Source: Eledone cirrhosa
Lineage: Eukaryota
Reading direction: 5' to 3'
DNA length: 64,000 bases
Assembly: GCA_964016885.1 (NCBI GenBank)
Contig: OZ024751.1
Coordinates: forward strand, 3,534,001 to 3,598,000
The position numbers and the translations under genes are program-made. The notes below the pieces were generated by a model. The model saw nothing but the letters and a program-made list of their open reading frames with translations. It searched no databases and was not told the origin of the DNA. Every line of letters begins with the position of its first letter. Position 1 is the first letter of the stretch. Shown piece after piece: positions 27,975-41,739 of the stretch.

Positions 27975-28800
27975 TGATATTAATAAATGGAAACTATATT
28001 TATAAAACCATATTTATTTTATTATATATACTAGCAGAAAAACCACCCTTCAGGTGGTTTTCTGTTAGCATGTGTAGTGTGTATATTGATATTATACACA
28101 GGTATATATACATGTAGATATGATACATAAAATAAAATCGTAATTGACAATATATAATACATAGAAATTGAACGAAGATTTACGTAATCAGTAACGTAAT
28201 CCATGATACATTAAAAAAGACGATATTATATATAAACTGCATTAGGAGAAAATTAGTGACGGAAAATTAGTATGTTAAGCGATCGCCACCGGAAGTGTTG
28301 ACATTTCAGAAATGTTAAAGAAGTGATTCTTTAAATAAACAAAATATATTTAAAGAACAGCCACGAAATTTAGTAGATAAATTATGTAATATTCATTCAT
28401 TATTTATTCAAAGTAATCCAACTTATTTTACAAACGGGATAAAAAAAAAATAAACCGTACGCAATCCCGCAGACCTTCCTTTATTATAGTTTAGATTTCA
28501 AGGGTACCAAAAAAACATTTGGTACGCACTCATCAGATAAAATACAAAATTTGTTTTATAAATAGTGACATACCCGATAAACCAGACCTTAAGGGTTCAG
28601 GTTCCATTTGGATAGTGAAAGAAAAAGAGAAAATTTTCAAATCCTTAGGATGGATATGCAAATGAAGTAGAAGCGTAGACCGAAAACATCGTTATATTTA
28701 GACGCTAGGTAAATTCAAATAATTATTAGGATACTTTACAAAAGAAGAAGAAGGAAGAAAGATAGGCTAATATTATTATTAGGGTGCATGTAGATATAAA
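27975..28800 (-). mobile_element. HHR-bearing pLTR fragment (family of 47996-48420 and 62900-63290) interrupted by a mini-Helitron
   Basis: 27975-28030 plus 28496-28800 match the reverse complement of ~62905-63210. Confidence 0.75.
28031..28495 (-). mobile_element. Non-autonomous Helitron (465 bp)
   Basis: Minus strand: A|TCTAAACTATAATAAAG start, aaccacc-tgaag-ggtggtt hairpin, CTAG|T end, no TSD. Confidence 0.8.
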
Positions 28801-29174
28801 AATTAAAATTAAAAATGTGTTGAAGTGGTAGAATACTAATCCAAAAATGTTTAAATATATAAACAAATCATGAGTTATATATTATATATATAATGTATTT
28901 TTATTAAAACTATTCATCATAAATTGCAGGTAAGATTATTTTTCTAAACACCTGTTAACTAATTTACTTAATTTTTCTACATTTTTTATTGACTAAAGAA
29001 AGAATCGCTGGAGAGAATTTGGGGAGGGTACGATGGGGGCGACGTTCCTTTATTTTTCAGTTTCTCATAGGAAGCGGTGTAGGAATTTATAGTGTACACC
29101 CTTTCCCCTTTCCTAGCCTCAGTCTCACGGGCTTTGGTCTGTCCCTAGTTCCCAGAAACCCGTTTTCATTACTG

Positions 29175-29345
29175 AATGTGGCCGAATGATTAAGGACTTT
29201 GCTTCTCAACCCTTGGATCCCAGGTGAGTTCAATCCCACAGCGTTTCATTGTGGGAAAGGGCTATTTACGAACCTCAGTTCGGTCAACACAAACCTTGGG
29301 AGGTCAATTGGGTAGACAGAGACTGTGCGGAAGTCTGCTGAATGG
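29175..29345 (+). mobile_element. tRNA-derived SINE remnant
   Basis: tggccgaatg A-box-like and gagttcaatccc B-box-like motifs. Confidence 0.5.
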
Positions 29346-29374
29346 ACGGTACCTATAACTCAACAAAAACATCA

Positions 29375-29950
29375 ACAATAACATCATCATCATCATCATC
29401 ATCAACAGCATCAAAAACAACCACTAACCGCTAACAGAGGAATTACTTTGTCCTCCTTCACGACTACATTTCCTGTGGAAAACAAAACAGAAAAACCGCC
29501 GCCACCACCACCACCACTATCACCACGACCACCACCACTCTCATCTTTGTTATTTTTCGCAAGAAACTATTTCTTTTATGTCCGCGGGCGTTTTATAAAA
29601 TGGGCACCACCACACACTAGTCTACATCACCACCACCACCACACACTAGTATTCACCATCACCACCTCCAGCCTACACTAGTCTTCACCACAACCACCTC
29701 CAGCTTACACTAGTCTCCACCACCACCACAGCCATCACCACTATCATCCTCACCACCATCATCACCACAGCCACCACCTCCACCCTCACCGCCAACACCA
29801 CAACCATCACCAACGCAGCCATCATCATCACCTGCACCGCCACCACCACAACCACCACCACAACCACCACCACCATCACCACAACCACCACCACAACCAC
29901 CACCACCATCACCACCACAACAACACCCCCACCACTACTTCTACTACGAT
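29375..29950. repeat. (CAT)n/(CAC)n low-complexity tract
   Basis: Imperfect trinucleotide repeats. Confidence 0.9.
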
Positions 29951-31235
29951 GTCTTTGGCTCAAAATACTTTCAGCGGAAACTACCGACAATATGAAAGGC
30001 AGAAAACAAAAAAGAAAATGTTTTAAATATAAATATATTAAGAAAAAAAAAAATGAATTGAATCTTAATTTCAAAAATGTTCGGAATCGATTGAAGACGA
30101 AAGTAGAGATGTTTATCAAGAACAGCGGCATGTTCAGGCGGATTAAATGTTATAAGAGAGTCGTAGGATTTAGGTTTATTTCAATTAAAAGGTTTTTAGT
30201 GTTTATTGCCAGGCAACCAAATATCTCCATCATTAATACTACCAGCAAAATGACATGTACAATTATCACGCCTTTTCACTTGGTAAAAGCTACCTAAATG
30301 GTTAGGTTAGAAATTACAAGATCTCTATCAATGGATGGATGTGTTTTTAAGGGGTAAAACAGACCCATTGAAGCCCCCACAGAAACTGCGAAACAGCTGT
30401 TAGTCGGATATGTTTCGAATATTTACAACGTTATTACATCTGGAGGAGTCGAGTTGACAGTGTCATTAGGATGTTGGATAGGATACCTTGTAGTATTTGT
30501 TCCGGCTCTCTGTTCTCTGAGTTCAACTCCTATCAGGATCAATTTCGCCGTTTTATCTTTTCGTGGGTCGAATAAATAAAGTACTAACTCAGAGGTAATA
30601 GATTAGCAGAATTGTTAGATCATCAGAACTTTGTGTTCTGAGATGAAATTCCGCCAAGGGATTCAATCTCAACCAATGGTCAGGGAAAATTACCTGGCTA
30701 CGAGATTAAGACTGGTTATGAAAGATACGAAGAGTGGAGAAAGATTGTGGTTGTCTACAACAGCAGTCGAACAACGATGATGATTCGTGTTTCACCAAAT
30801 CAAAGCTGTGTTATCTCATATGAGGTTTTCCAAATCCCCTTTGATGTATTTCAGTAAATCTAGCTTAATCAGATCCACACTACCACTTGAAATACTCAGT
30901 AATAAAATAAGGGGCTATTGTGGGTTAAGTTGAACGATGATGAGGATCGTGATGTTGATTATTGCATATCTCCTGATGAGCTCCGGGCCTAAGACAGACT
31001 TTAACTTGACATTATTTGTAATTTCGCTTCTTCTGTTCGTTTATAAACACAATATAGCCGAGTGTTTAATACGTTCTCTCCAGAATCATATAGTTTTAGA
31101 TTGGGTCCCCGTATGTGACATCATGAGAGTGTCTTTTCCATAACCTTGAGACCCAAACCATGTGAGGGAAGTTTTGTAGATGAATAACAATTTGAAATAC
31201 GTCGAGCGGCTGGAGTGTTTACCTATAATTATAAT

Positions 31236-31380
31236 TGTTTCTACTTTTGGCACAAGGCCAGCAATTATCGCAGTGCATTACTGGTACTTTAGTTTATCGA
31301 CCCCGTAAGAATGAAAGACAAAGTTAACCTCGGTAGGATTTGAATTCAAAAGGTAAAGGGCCGTAACTCTATGCTGCAAA
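31236..31380 (-). mobile_element. SINE remnant (related copies ~30445-30590 plus and 44672-44795 plus)
   Basis: Shared gttcaaat-like B box and cggggtcgataa...agtac core between copies. Confidence 0.55.
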
Positions 31381-31885
31381 ATGTCCATCCATGTCATACA
31401 CTGTATCATGCTAAATGTTCGTGCAGATTACACTAAAGGTACACGTGTTTGTGGAGTACTCAGCCACCTACATATTAACGAGTATTCTGTTCACAAAATT
31501 ATTGGAACAGTCAACGTCGAAATCGACAGACGTCAAAGAATTTCATTTTTTTTAAATAGTTTCTTAATTACTCTAGAAGCCATAAACAAGTCGAGTTAAG
31601 TGTCTTGGCAGGGATTAAACTAACTCAAGAGCCAAGAAAGTAAACTTATTTTCCTAGGCATGCTTCCACCGCACCAATTACATTTATGTAGTACACTTAG
31701 ACAAAAGAAAAGATAAGCAAGTATATATTCTTCATACACACAGCGATGCCGTCATCACCATACAGTCAACATTTTTCTTTATATACATCAACGTCCACAT
31801 GTAACTAACTCCATCGTAATAGAATAAAATAAAATAAAACAACATTTGGATGTACTTCCTAACTTGAGAACGATAATAATAACAA

Positions 31886-31964
<79 letters not shown>

Positions 31965-32141
31965 GATGATGATAATAATAATAAAGTAGCGTAAGACGTT
32001 TATAATGATAATGTATTTTCTCTTTAAACTACTTGGGCGGCCAATATTAAGTAAAAGTGGTGTTACAAGAAACAGATATTGTCTCTTGTGTCAAATAGGT
32101 CTGGTTAAGTCTCTTCTACTTAATTCATAACACATCACATT

Positions 32142-32228
<87 letters not shown>

Positions 32229-32472
32229 TACTCATTGAAAAACCACCAGGAACACGGGACTGGAATTCCTTCTTGCTCTTAGGAAATGTTAGTGTCACCT
32301 CTGTCAAGTCTATTGTGTTGTGACATAGATATAAGATCATACTCGTCCTAAATCTCATACTAATAGCAATGGATTAGCTAGAGTTCACGGGAGATATACC
32401 TACATATATGGATATTAACATATATAGTTACATTCGTATATGTGTGAGTATATATATATATATATATAAAGG

Positions 32473-34930
32473 AAATGAATACAAGGAGTATATACCGTTA
32501 AAACATGCTTATATAACAATGCACCTACGTACGTTTCGGCCAGAACGGGCTTCTCAAGGGCAAAGAAAACAAAAATATGCCCCTCTACATCGGATATAGG
32601 TAAAATTAGTAAAGTGATCCTAGATAGAGTACGACGGGGTCCAGTGACTCGGCGCAAGTGACCGACCTGGTCGGTATATACCTCCTCCGTAGACTTAGGG
32701 ACGAGGTACCGGCCCTACAGGGAGGTGTATATAGGAACGATGCCCTATTTACGGTTAGAAACCATAGCCCCCGCAGGATAGAGAACCTTAACAAGCCTAT
32801 ACATATACACAGGTTCTTCAAGACATATGGCCTCTCCGTGACTATGGACCTCAACCACCAGATAGTCAACTTCCTGGACGTAACCCTAGAGTTGAGCACG
32901 GGTCTATACAGGCCATACCATAAGCCCGGCGGGATTCTGTCTTATATAAACTATGCATCTAACCACCCTTAGTCTACTCTCAACTCCATAGTATATAGCA
33001 TATCCCATAGGATCTCGAGGCTCTCCGCCAACGAGGATATCTTCAACCAAGCGGCCGAATACTACAATAAGGCCTTACTAAATGCCGGATTTAACCGGAG
33101 AATCTCCTACATCCTTAACGCTAGCTCTAGAAACCAACCCCAACATAGGACTAATGTTATAGTAAGCCATGCCTATAACAGAGTACGCTGCGGCCAGGAC
33201 AGAGTCAAGAACTATAGTATAGAGAACCACACTAAGGAACTTGGCCGCACCGTTAATTGCATGAGTGGCGACCAAGATAGCCTACAGCACAGTAAGGGTC
33301 ACCAGATTGGTAACGCCACCCGCTGTAGCCTACTAGAATTATTCCCCAACTATAAGATTAGCAACGGTGGTGGCCTATTACCAACGTCCTCCAACCGGCG
33401 TCTAGCCACACATAAAAATAACGGAATGAAGGCGCAGCCACTTGAATATAAAGCGAAGGGGACGCATAACTGGCTACAGCACAGTAACAACCATAAGTAC
33501 AGTCAACTAGGAAGCACAACCTGTAGCAAACCCACGGTAAAGCGAAAACGCCACCGTAATGTCCTATGGTTCCACCCCCCTACTCTCGGATTGTGGCCTC
33601 CGACCTACCGAAGATATTCTTCGAAGCCTTAGAGAAGAATTTCCAACCAATCATAAATACAGGAAAATACTCAATAAGAACAATATCAAAATATCCTTCT
33701 CTACCACCCCCCAATCTAGCAGACATCGTAGGAGAAACTAATCACAGTAAGATCACCAAAACACGACACCTTAGCACAGATACATATAGACCCGACAGCA
33801 ACACTAAAAGCCTTAACGTCTCCCTAACAGCACCCAATAGTGTTGGTCGCAGCCCCGACAGAGGAAACCAACATAACCAAAGCGAGACTGGTGAATATGC
33901 TGGTGACCCGCACGGGTCACCCACCGGCAACGGAACGGGATGCGGCGTGCGGAGGGATAATGGTACTACCCCGCACGCCTCGAGATATAACAGTACCAAT
34001 GACCGAGATAGAAACATAGATAACAACATAAGTAGCAATAATAATAGCTTTACTTCAGGAATTAGGGGCGACCGTGACAGAAAATGTAACTGTTGTGACA
34101 GAGGAGGCTGCCCCCTCAGGGGAAACTGCCTAATTGATTATGTTATTTATAGGTGCACCATAACTAGCCATAATAGAGTTTAACACTATATAGGGGCCAC
34201 CTCTGGCCAGTTCAAAACGAGATTTAGAACACATCTCCACTCTTTCAGGAACAAAAAACTAAGGCACGCCACGTCACTTGCCAATTACGTCACTACATTA
34301 CAAGACGCCAACATCAGCTTCTCCACACACTGGGACATTGTCGGTAGGGCTGCACCATACAATTTCAAGAGGAAGTGCGAGCTTTGCCTCATGGAGCTTT
34401 ACTACATCATAAGAACACCTCACGAACTCATAAACAGCAGAGTCGATTCAGTCATAAATTGTAGGCACCGAATGCAAGCATTTTACTTCGGGTGGGAACC
34501 GACTGTGGCATGAAAACTATAAACTGGGCCCCCCTGCCCAAACCACAACACTCCGGTGGGCAGGCGGCGTAAACAAACATCTGTGAATTAAATATACATC
34601 CCAGACCCGGCTCGAACCGGCATTAGTAAAGCAGCACCCACAAAATAATAACGAAAAACACCATCATGTGAACGGGTAAAAAGCCAGTGGGTCAAGATTA
34701 TTCAAGCACCGGCCGGAATTACTCCCCCTGCTCTGCGGCTGCGGCAATAACAACACATGTACTTAAGCGAAGAATGAACGCTGATGTGAATTTAACCTTA
34801 AAACCCCTCCTCGCGTACTGATCATTTTTTTGTTTTCTATGCCCTTGATAAGCCCGTTCTGGGCGAAACGTACGCAGGTGCATTGCTATATAAATATGTT
34901 TTAACGGTATATACTCCTTTGTATTCATTT
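32473..34930 (+). mobile_element. Decayed 5'-truncated PLE with ~105-bp inverted terminal copies
   Basis: GGVYRND, VNFLDVTL, CNC..CPL..C, VIYRC...YIG; 32473-32580 is the reverse complement of 34825-34930; variant HHR with palindromic ACGTACG(T/C) stem III. Confidence 0.85.
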
Positions 34931-35082
34931 CTTTTGTAACCGCTCTGCTTATTTTCTCGCTCACTAAATATTAACGCTTCTAATATGTAACTCTGTAGGC
35001 ACGAGTATTGAGCACAAACTATTGGAAACTAAATAATGCATCGTTTATCTTTCCTTTTTTCTCTCTCACGATACTTAAACAT

Positions 35083-35156
<74 letters not shown>

Positions 35157-35159
<3 letters not shown>

Positions 35160-35515
35160 TAGGGTGTGGTATAAACCAACTAGACTATTACCCACCAGAG
35201 TACTCAATACTTGGGGTAGTAGATCAATCTAGCTGTCGAAACAGCCGCAGCTCAGCCGTCGGGGTCCTGACTTGAGAACTCTGGTGTGTTATGGTCCACC
35301 TGGTATCTTACCACACCCTCTTTGTTCTTTATATATATATATATATAAAGAACAAAGAGGGTGTGGTAAGATACCAGGTGGACCATAACACACCAGAGTT
35401 CTCAAGTCAGGACCCCGACGGCTGAGCTGCGGCTGTTTCGACAGCTAGATACGAAGTTTGGATCTAGCTGTCGAAACAACCAGAGCTCACCCATCGGGAT
35501 CCTGACTCTGTTCCT
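35157..35515. repeat. Nested inverted repeats: ~105-bp arms around a central (TA)n (35228-35450)
   Basis: ctagctgtcgaaac...ttgttctt(ta)n aagaacaa...gtttcgacagctag; related sequence at ~24005-24140. Confidence 0.85.
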
Positions 35516-35594
35516 ATATATATATTTACATACACACATGCACGCTTGCATACATCATACGTATATAACACATACATATACTCACACACAGATG

Positions 35595-35626
<32 letters not shown>

Positions 35627-35651
35627 AACGTGAGTGTGTATATATATATGC

Positions 35652-35736
<85 letters not shown>

Positions 35737-35741
<5 letters not shown>

Positions 35742-36163
35742 GTTAAAAATGTACATCCACTACTAATTTTCATAGAAAAAGCATATAACGATATGTGCTT
35801 TTACGATTCTCTAGAGAGGCCGGAAGATAGGTAAATATTGCTGATGAGATGTAACAACATCGAAACTAGTTCAATATTCCTTGTCTGGCTTTCTGGAGAA
35901 TAGAGGAAAGGTGTTTCCTCAAAAACCAGTATGACTCTAAAAACCGGTTTGTCTGTGTGTTTACATACAGAATAGCTGGACACTCACAGTAAAGTGACCA
36001 GTGAAAAACTCGGTACATCTACATATGTATACGTGTGTGTATTCATATGCATACTAGTATTTCAGTATACATATGTGGATGTACATTTTTAACTTAATTG
36101 TTTAAGCGTCAGTCATACAAAAGTGAGTTACAAACGAAACGAAATTTAATTTCGTTTCGTTAT

Positions 36164-36173
<10 letters not shown>
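35737..36173 (+). mobile_element. Dispersed near-monomer of the 466-bp retrozyme family with a short inverted tail
   Basis: Highly similar to the reverse complement of the 42340 unit; HHR at 35834-35878; 35737-35760 inverted. Confidence 0.9.
35834..35878 (+). ncRNA. Type-I hammerhead ribozyme
   Basis: aatattg-CTGATGA-gatgt aaca acatc-GAAA-ctag-TT-caatatt. Confidence 0.9.
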
Positions 36174-36208
<35 letters not shown>

Positions 36209-36213
<5 letters not shown>

Positions 36214-36931
36214 TATATAAATGGCAATTTCTCTGTCTGTGTATCTTTGTATCTGTGTATAGACAAATAGGCTTAAAATAAGGTTTACAAATAGACAGGT
36301 TTAAGAATACATGAAACAATTGGTTGGTAGTTGAGGATCATCAGTTTTGCACAGCCTCTTGGTAAATAAAAGTATTGGTCTTGCCCTGCATAAATGAACA
36401 AATTATTTGGATTGCCGACTTTTGAACAACCTAGTGTTAAGTTTGCAAGCAAAAAGACTGTTGTTTAAGTGAAAACGAATGGAGTTACTTACATGTAAAA
36501 AGGACAATTCGTGTAATGTAAATTCAGTAGGGAACGCACGCGTTTATATACTAAGAACAATCTTTCCACGATCCGTCACCTCGAAATATTGACAAAATAA
36601 ACTAATTTCTGATAAGTTGTTGCCTCGTTTTGGAGGACTGAGTTGTGGGAGAAGGAAGGTGTGTAGTGGGGGGGGAGGGTTTATCATGCAGTAGTAGTAT
36701 CTCCTCTTCCCCCTCTCTCGCTGAAACGTCTTCTCTTTCATCCGCCATTGTAAAGATTCCACATGGGTTCTATTAGTGATTTTTATTGAAATCCCATTCA
36801 TCAGTCATGTTTCTGAATATTAGCTTAACATGTCTGTAAATTTTAATCAGGATCGGATCACTGGTGTAGGTGCCAACTGGCTATACACATATATACAGAT
36901 ACACAAACAGAAATTGCCATATTTATAGTAG
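36209..36931. mobile_element. Pair of convergent Helitron-like 5' ends, or one element with ~35-bp imperfect inverted termini
   Basis: tactatataaatggcaatttct at ~36211 plus and tctactataaatatggcaatttct from 36931 minus. Confidence 0.45.
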
Positions 36932-37260
36932 ATTATTTATGTGTATGTATGTATATATGTGATTGTACGTATTTTATGTGTGTATATATATCTGTGAATG
37001 TGTTTTATATATATGAGTGCGTATGTCTATATGTATGAATGTGTGTATGTATATTAATGTTATGTGTGTGTTTATATGCATATGTATACATATATATTTG
37101 TGTATGTATGTATATTTTATCTTTATTTTTATCTACAATTTTATATATATGTACATGTATGTATATCTGATTATGTGTGTACATGTATTTTATCCGTTAT
37201 TTTAATTCTCCTCATTTTCGTTTGTAATAGATTTTAATTTAATATCCATGACATAGATAT

Positions 37261-37330
37261 TTCATCTGATGAACGAACTAGAGACTTCTGTTAGAATCGT
37301 CTAATTTCGCGAAACCTTGGGTAATGGAAT
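37261..37330 (+). ncRNA. Type-I hammerhead ribozyme
   Basis: ttcat-CTGATGA-acgaa...ttcgc-GAAA-ccttgg-GTA-atgga. Confidence 0.75.
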
Positions 37331-37526
37331 AATTATATTGTGTTGTTTATTATATAATTAAATAGCTCTGTACTATATAGAGAGCACCCTTCTTTCCTTT
37401 ACCTTTTCTACGGAAATACGTAACACACACACATATATATGTATATATAAATTACTCCTTGAAAAACCAGCAGGAACAAGAGACTGGATTTCCTTCTTGC
37501 TCTTAGGAAATATATATATATATAAT

Positions 37527-40490
37527 ATAAAATCAAAAGATGGTTAAAAGAGTTCCATGTATTTTATTATGCGCATTTCAAAAACAAATATCATCATGGG
37601 ATGATACTTGCGTTCTCATCAGATAAAATAGGGAGACATGATATGAAGCTTAAAAACACTTGCGAGCACTGAAGTGTTAAATGAACATATGAAAAATAAA
37701 ATAAGAGGGATATATGAGATAGGAAAAAAGGAAAGGAAGGGGGAAGGAAAAGGTAAGGAAGAGGAAGAAAAAATATAGATAGAAGAAAAAATATAATAAT
37801 AAGGAAAGGATGACGGAGGAGGAGTATAAGAAGGAAGGATTAGAGAGGAGGAGAAAATGAGTTAGAGAGAGAGAGAGATAACATTTAATACTGAGAAACA
37901 CTGTCTCACAGAGAAAAATAAAAAAAACCGTTGTAAGATAATACATAATTTTTAAAAAATTAAGAAATTAAAAGTTAATGAGGTTTATGATGGTGATGCT
38001 TATGATTAAAGAAAAAGGAATTAAGAATACTATTTATTTAAGGTTTATATATTGAAGGAATTTATTAAAATGTATTATTAAAATAAAATATAAGAAGATA
38101 AGGTCAATGAAGATAAGGTTAACTGAATTATGAACTTAGAGGAATTAATTAGGGTCCAAGTTTGTTTCTATATATTGTAATAGGAAAAAGTAAATAATAG
38201 ATTTAATACGAGCATGGAAGGAGAGAAAAAAGAAAAAATTCAAGGAAGAAAAAATATATAACGTCAAAAAAATATGTTTACAAAATTTCTCTAATGGTAA
38301 TATATTAAAAATACATATTTGTATGGCCGAGAATATGAGGAAAATGCTATAGTGAGTTATAAGATGAATTAAGAAGTAATTGAGAAGTAGAAGTTGCAGA
38401 TTAAAGATTAGAAATTAAAAAAGAAGAAAATTAGGGGACCGGTAACGACATAGTATGAGTAATATTGTATAATATTCTGAAATAAGGTAGAAAGATGGGT
38501 ATATTTGTAAAAAATATAAAAGTGTTTGAGAAAAAAAGATTTTAAACTAATTAGGTAGTAAGATATTAGCTGTATACTTTATGGAAAGTTCTATGGGGTT
38601 TCTGCAAGCAGATCGAAAATAAATCCGTACGTCTATTTATTATAGAATTAAAATTAGAGATAATGTAAATTTCTCCGCTAGGCAGAGATTACATGTTCTG
38701 GATATGGAAGAATTAAGGTAAGGAGAGGCGTTGCAAACCTTTCTCCAAGAAATGTTGTAAATATTTTTGTCCTTTAAGGACAATATGAGTTCTGAGAGTG
38801 CTGTATTAGTTCTTTTAAGTTGGTATTTAAAAGAAGAATTGTGATTATAAAATCTTGCCTTAAAGGAAGTGGAAGTGGAACCAAAATAGGTAAAAGAATT
38901 AGTACCAGTTATAACCTTACATTCATACACTAAATCTTTATCAAGACATTGGTTACTAAGAGGACATTTAGTTCTAATAGAGTAATTGCAATTACGATTA
39001 GAGAGATTACCAGAGTTATTAGCAAGTGACCCAGTATTATTATAGAAAGAATTGATTTGGAGAGGTTACTTACGATAGGTGCTAAAGTTTCCTGATTTAG
39101 ATTGATATTAAGAACATTCGACAAAGTTAGGTTTGACGTCGTATTTAAATTTACGGAATCTAGCCTAGAGTTAACATTGACGACGGGCTTACTATTGTTA
39201 TTATTATGACGCTCAGTGTTGGATGCATATGATTTATTACTTAATATTTTAGTATTATGTTTTGAGATAATGTTAGAGATGTTGGAAGTGGTGGAATAAG
39301 AGAATTTAATTGTATGCTTATTAAAGATCTTACTATAAATATGTGAAGGAGGGAAGCATTTATCTAAGGCCCTAAAAAATAGTTTAGGAATATTACTTAT
39401 AATAGATAGAGAAAAAGGAGCGTTGTACCAAATCATATTTTTATATCTAGGTCTTTTCTTTATGCTATTGGAATGCTTATAACTCTGGAAAGCGCATTGG
39501 CTTTAGCGTCAAAGATAAGTTTATCAGAAGATAGATTTGAGATTCTTTTTTCAACATTACTGACTATAGCATTTTTAACGTTAATAGGGTGGTTAGACTT
39601 AAAATTAACATAATTTACATTCTCATTGTCTTTATGGTAAGGGTAATATAGGCCGGTGTCAAGATTAAGGGACATATCCAGGAAGTTAGCTAGTTTGACC
39701 TTGTTTTCAAATTCAATTTTTAGGTCATGGTGCTTAAATAGATCAAGTATATTATTCTTAATAATATTAAGGTTAACTAAGTTACAGTTTAAGACAGTAA
39801 AAAGGGATCGTCACGATAAATTCCACTGCGAAGTTGAGGAATTTTCCGATTTAAAGAATTCAAAATAAAGATTCCAATCAAATCCGTCAATTGCGCTGAA
39901 TCCGGCGAACCCATTGTGATATCAAAATTGTTGGAAGTATCAGCTCTAGTCCAATATTCGTTGTTGAATTCCAGGATAGTTTTTCTTGCGGTGAGAATGA
40001 TGTACAGTTCATCTGTGGTAATGTCAGAATATTTAATTCCAAAAGAGAGAGCGTTGTTGAGGAGTGAAGGCGAAATAGAAGAATAGTAACTGGCAATGTC
40101 AAACTGAATAAATTTTTGTTTGTATTTATTATTCAGATCATTGAACCAGTCAATTACATCAGATGTACCAATCCATGAATTTAAGTTAGAAATAGAGCAA
40201 TTAGAACGAACCTGATGGATTTACTAACAACCCCCAGATCGGATTTAGAGGGGGCGATTAGTCTGACAGGCAGTTCTTTTGTGATCTTTAAGATTTATCC
40301 TCGGAGTTCTTGGGAAGAATGGTTCGGTATTTTTCTCGATGCCAAGTTTAGACATAATCTCAGAAGCTTCCAAGTTTATAGATTCCAGATTCTCATGGTT
40401 AGTTTTGCGTTAGTTTTGCGATAATATTTATACTCCAGTCCTATAAACTGTTGAGTGCTACTTATCCGATATTTGCATTGCTTTATTGTG
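37527..40490 (-). mobile_element. Decayed PLE (Hydra-group-like) with 3' HHR
   Basis: WYNAPFS, IKFSYST, YECKV...TYFGST, CNLC fragments; many frameshifts. Confidence 0.82.
37560..37630 (-). ncRNA. Type-I hammerhead ribozyme
   Basis: tattttat-CTGATGA-gaacgcaagtatcatc ccat gatgatatttgttttt-GAAA-tgcgca-TA-ataaaata; 8-bp stem I, palindromic ATGCGCAT stem III. Confidence 0.85.
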
Positions 40491-40511
40491 CTACAATAAA
40501 ACTCACCTCCT

Positions 40512-40581
<70 letters not shown>

Positions 40582-40592
40582 CTATCTATCTA

Positions 40593-40623
<31 letters not shown>

Positions 40624-40853
40624 TAGTAAAAAAGAAAAAAACAGTAGAATGGGATATTATCATAGAATAACAGCAAAACATTTATTTACAAAGAAGGAAT
40701 TTATCGTACCAGTTTCAGCCACGTGGGCTTCTTCGTGCTACGGAGGTGTATAATAACATTTATAATGGAGTTAAGTTGTATATTGATAAGAAAATCGTAT
40801 GAAATGACATGGTTTACATATATATATATATAGAGAGAGTTCATATTTTTGTT

Positions 40854-41023
40854 TATCGCTTTCTCTCTTTCTCTCCTTGTTGGTGTTGACTATAACTGCA
40901 GCAGTGGTAATTCTATGTTCTTGGCTTTGACCTGTACCACTACAGCCGAGGTCAAAACCAAGAACATAGAATTACCACTGCTGCAGTAATAGTCAACACC
41001 AACAAGGAGAGAAAGAGAGAAAG

Positions 41024-41030
<7 letters not shown>
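40854..41030. repeat. ~85-bp-arm palindrome between (TA)n tracts
   Basis: tatcgctttctctc...tgacct / aggtca...gagaaagcgata with few mismatches. Confidence 0.88.
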
Positions 41031-41104
<74 letters not shown>

Positions 41105-41112
<8 letters not shown>

Positions 41113-41684
41113 CATGTTATCCATGTGCAACCTGCAGTATTCTTCTCCCCATTTTTTCACATATATTTACCTAAACTGCGATTCTGTTTTTCTCTCTCTC
41201 TCTTACTGCTCCCTCGTTCTCTCTGTTTCTCCTACTTTCTTTCGCCCCCTCTGTCATGTCAGTTAACACTTTCTCTCTACTGACCTCTTCCTCACACTTC
41301 CACTCACTCACTCACTGTTTCTCCCCTTCTCACTTCACCCCGTTCGCGACGAATACAATTTCCTTCTTTCTTACATTTGGATTCATCTCGAAAGGTCTTT
41401 TTTCTAAGCGCTCATATATTCACCCACCTTATGCTGACAGAATAACTATGTAGCTTGTTCCCTTCCTATCTACGGTTAGCTTTCCTCTTTGTTGTTTACT
41501 TGTCTCACTCGCTTTACGCGTTTTAATTGTCCTAATAACTTAATTTAGTTATTATTGCACCAACGTGAGGTATATGATTTTTAATGCAATGAAATATCTA
41601 TGATCGTTGGCAAATCACTGATGAGGGACTCATTTTATAACACGTTATCCATGTGCAACCTGCAGTATTCTTCTGCCCATTTTT

Positions 41685-41690
<6 letters not shown>
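41105..41690 (+). repeat. ~528-bp unit with ~55-bp terminal direct repeat and degenerate HHR-like core (CTGATGA at 41618)
   Basis: ttataaca(t/c)gttatccatgtgcaacctgcagtattc at ~41107 and ~41635. Confidence 0.6.

Positions 41691-41737
<47 letters not shown>

Positions 41738-41739
<2 letters not shown>

Noticed and set aside
29448-30131. His/Pro/Val-rich ORFs as homeobox gene exons
   Set aside because: Pure trinucleotide low complexity with no convincing splice pair
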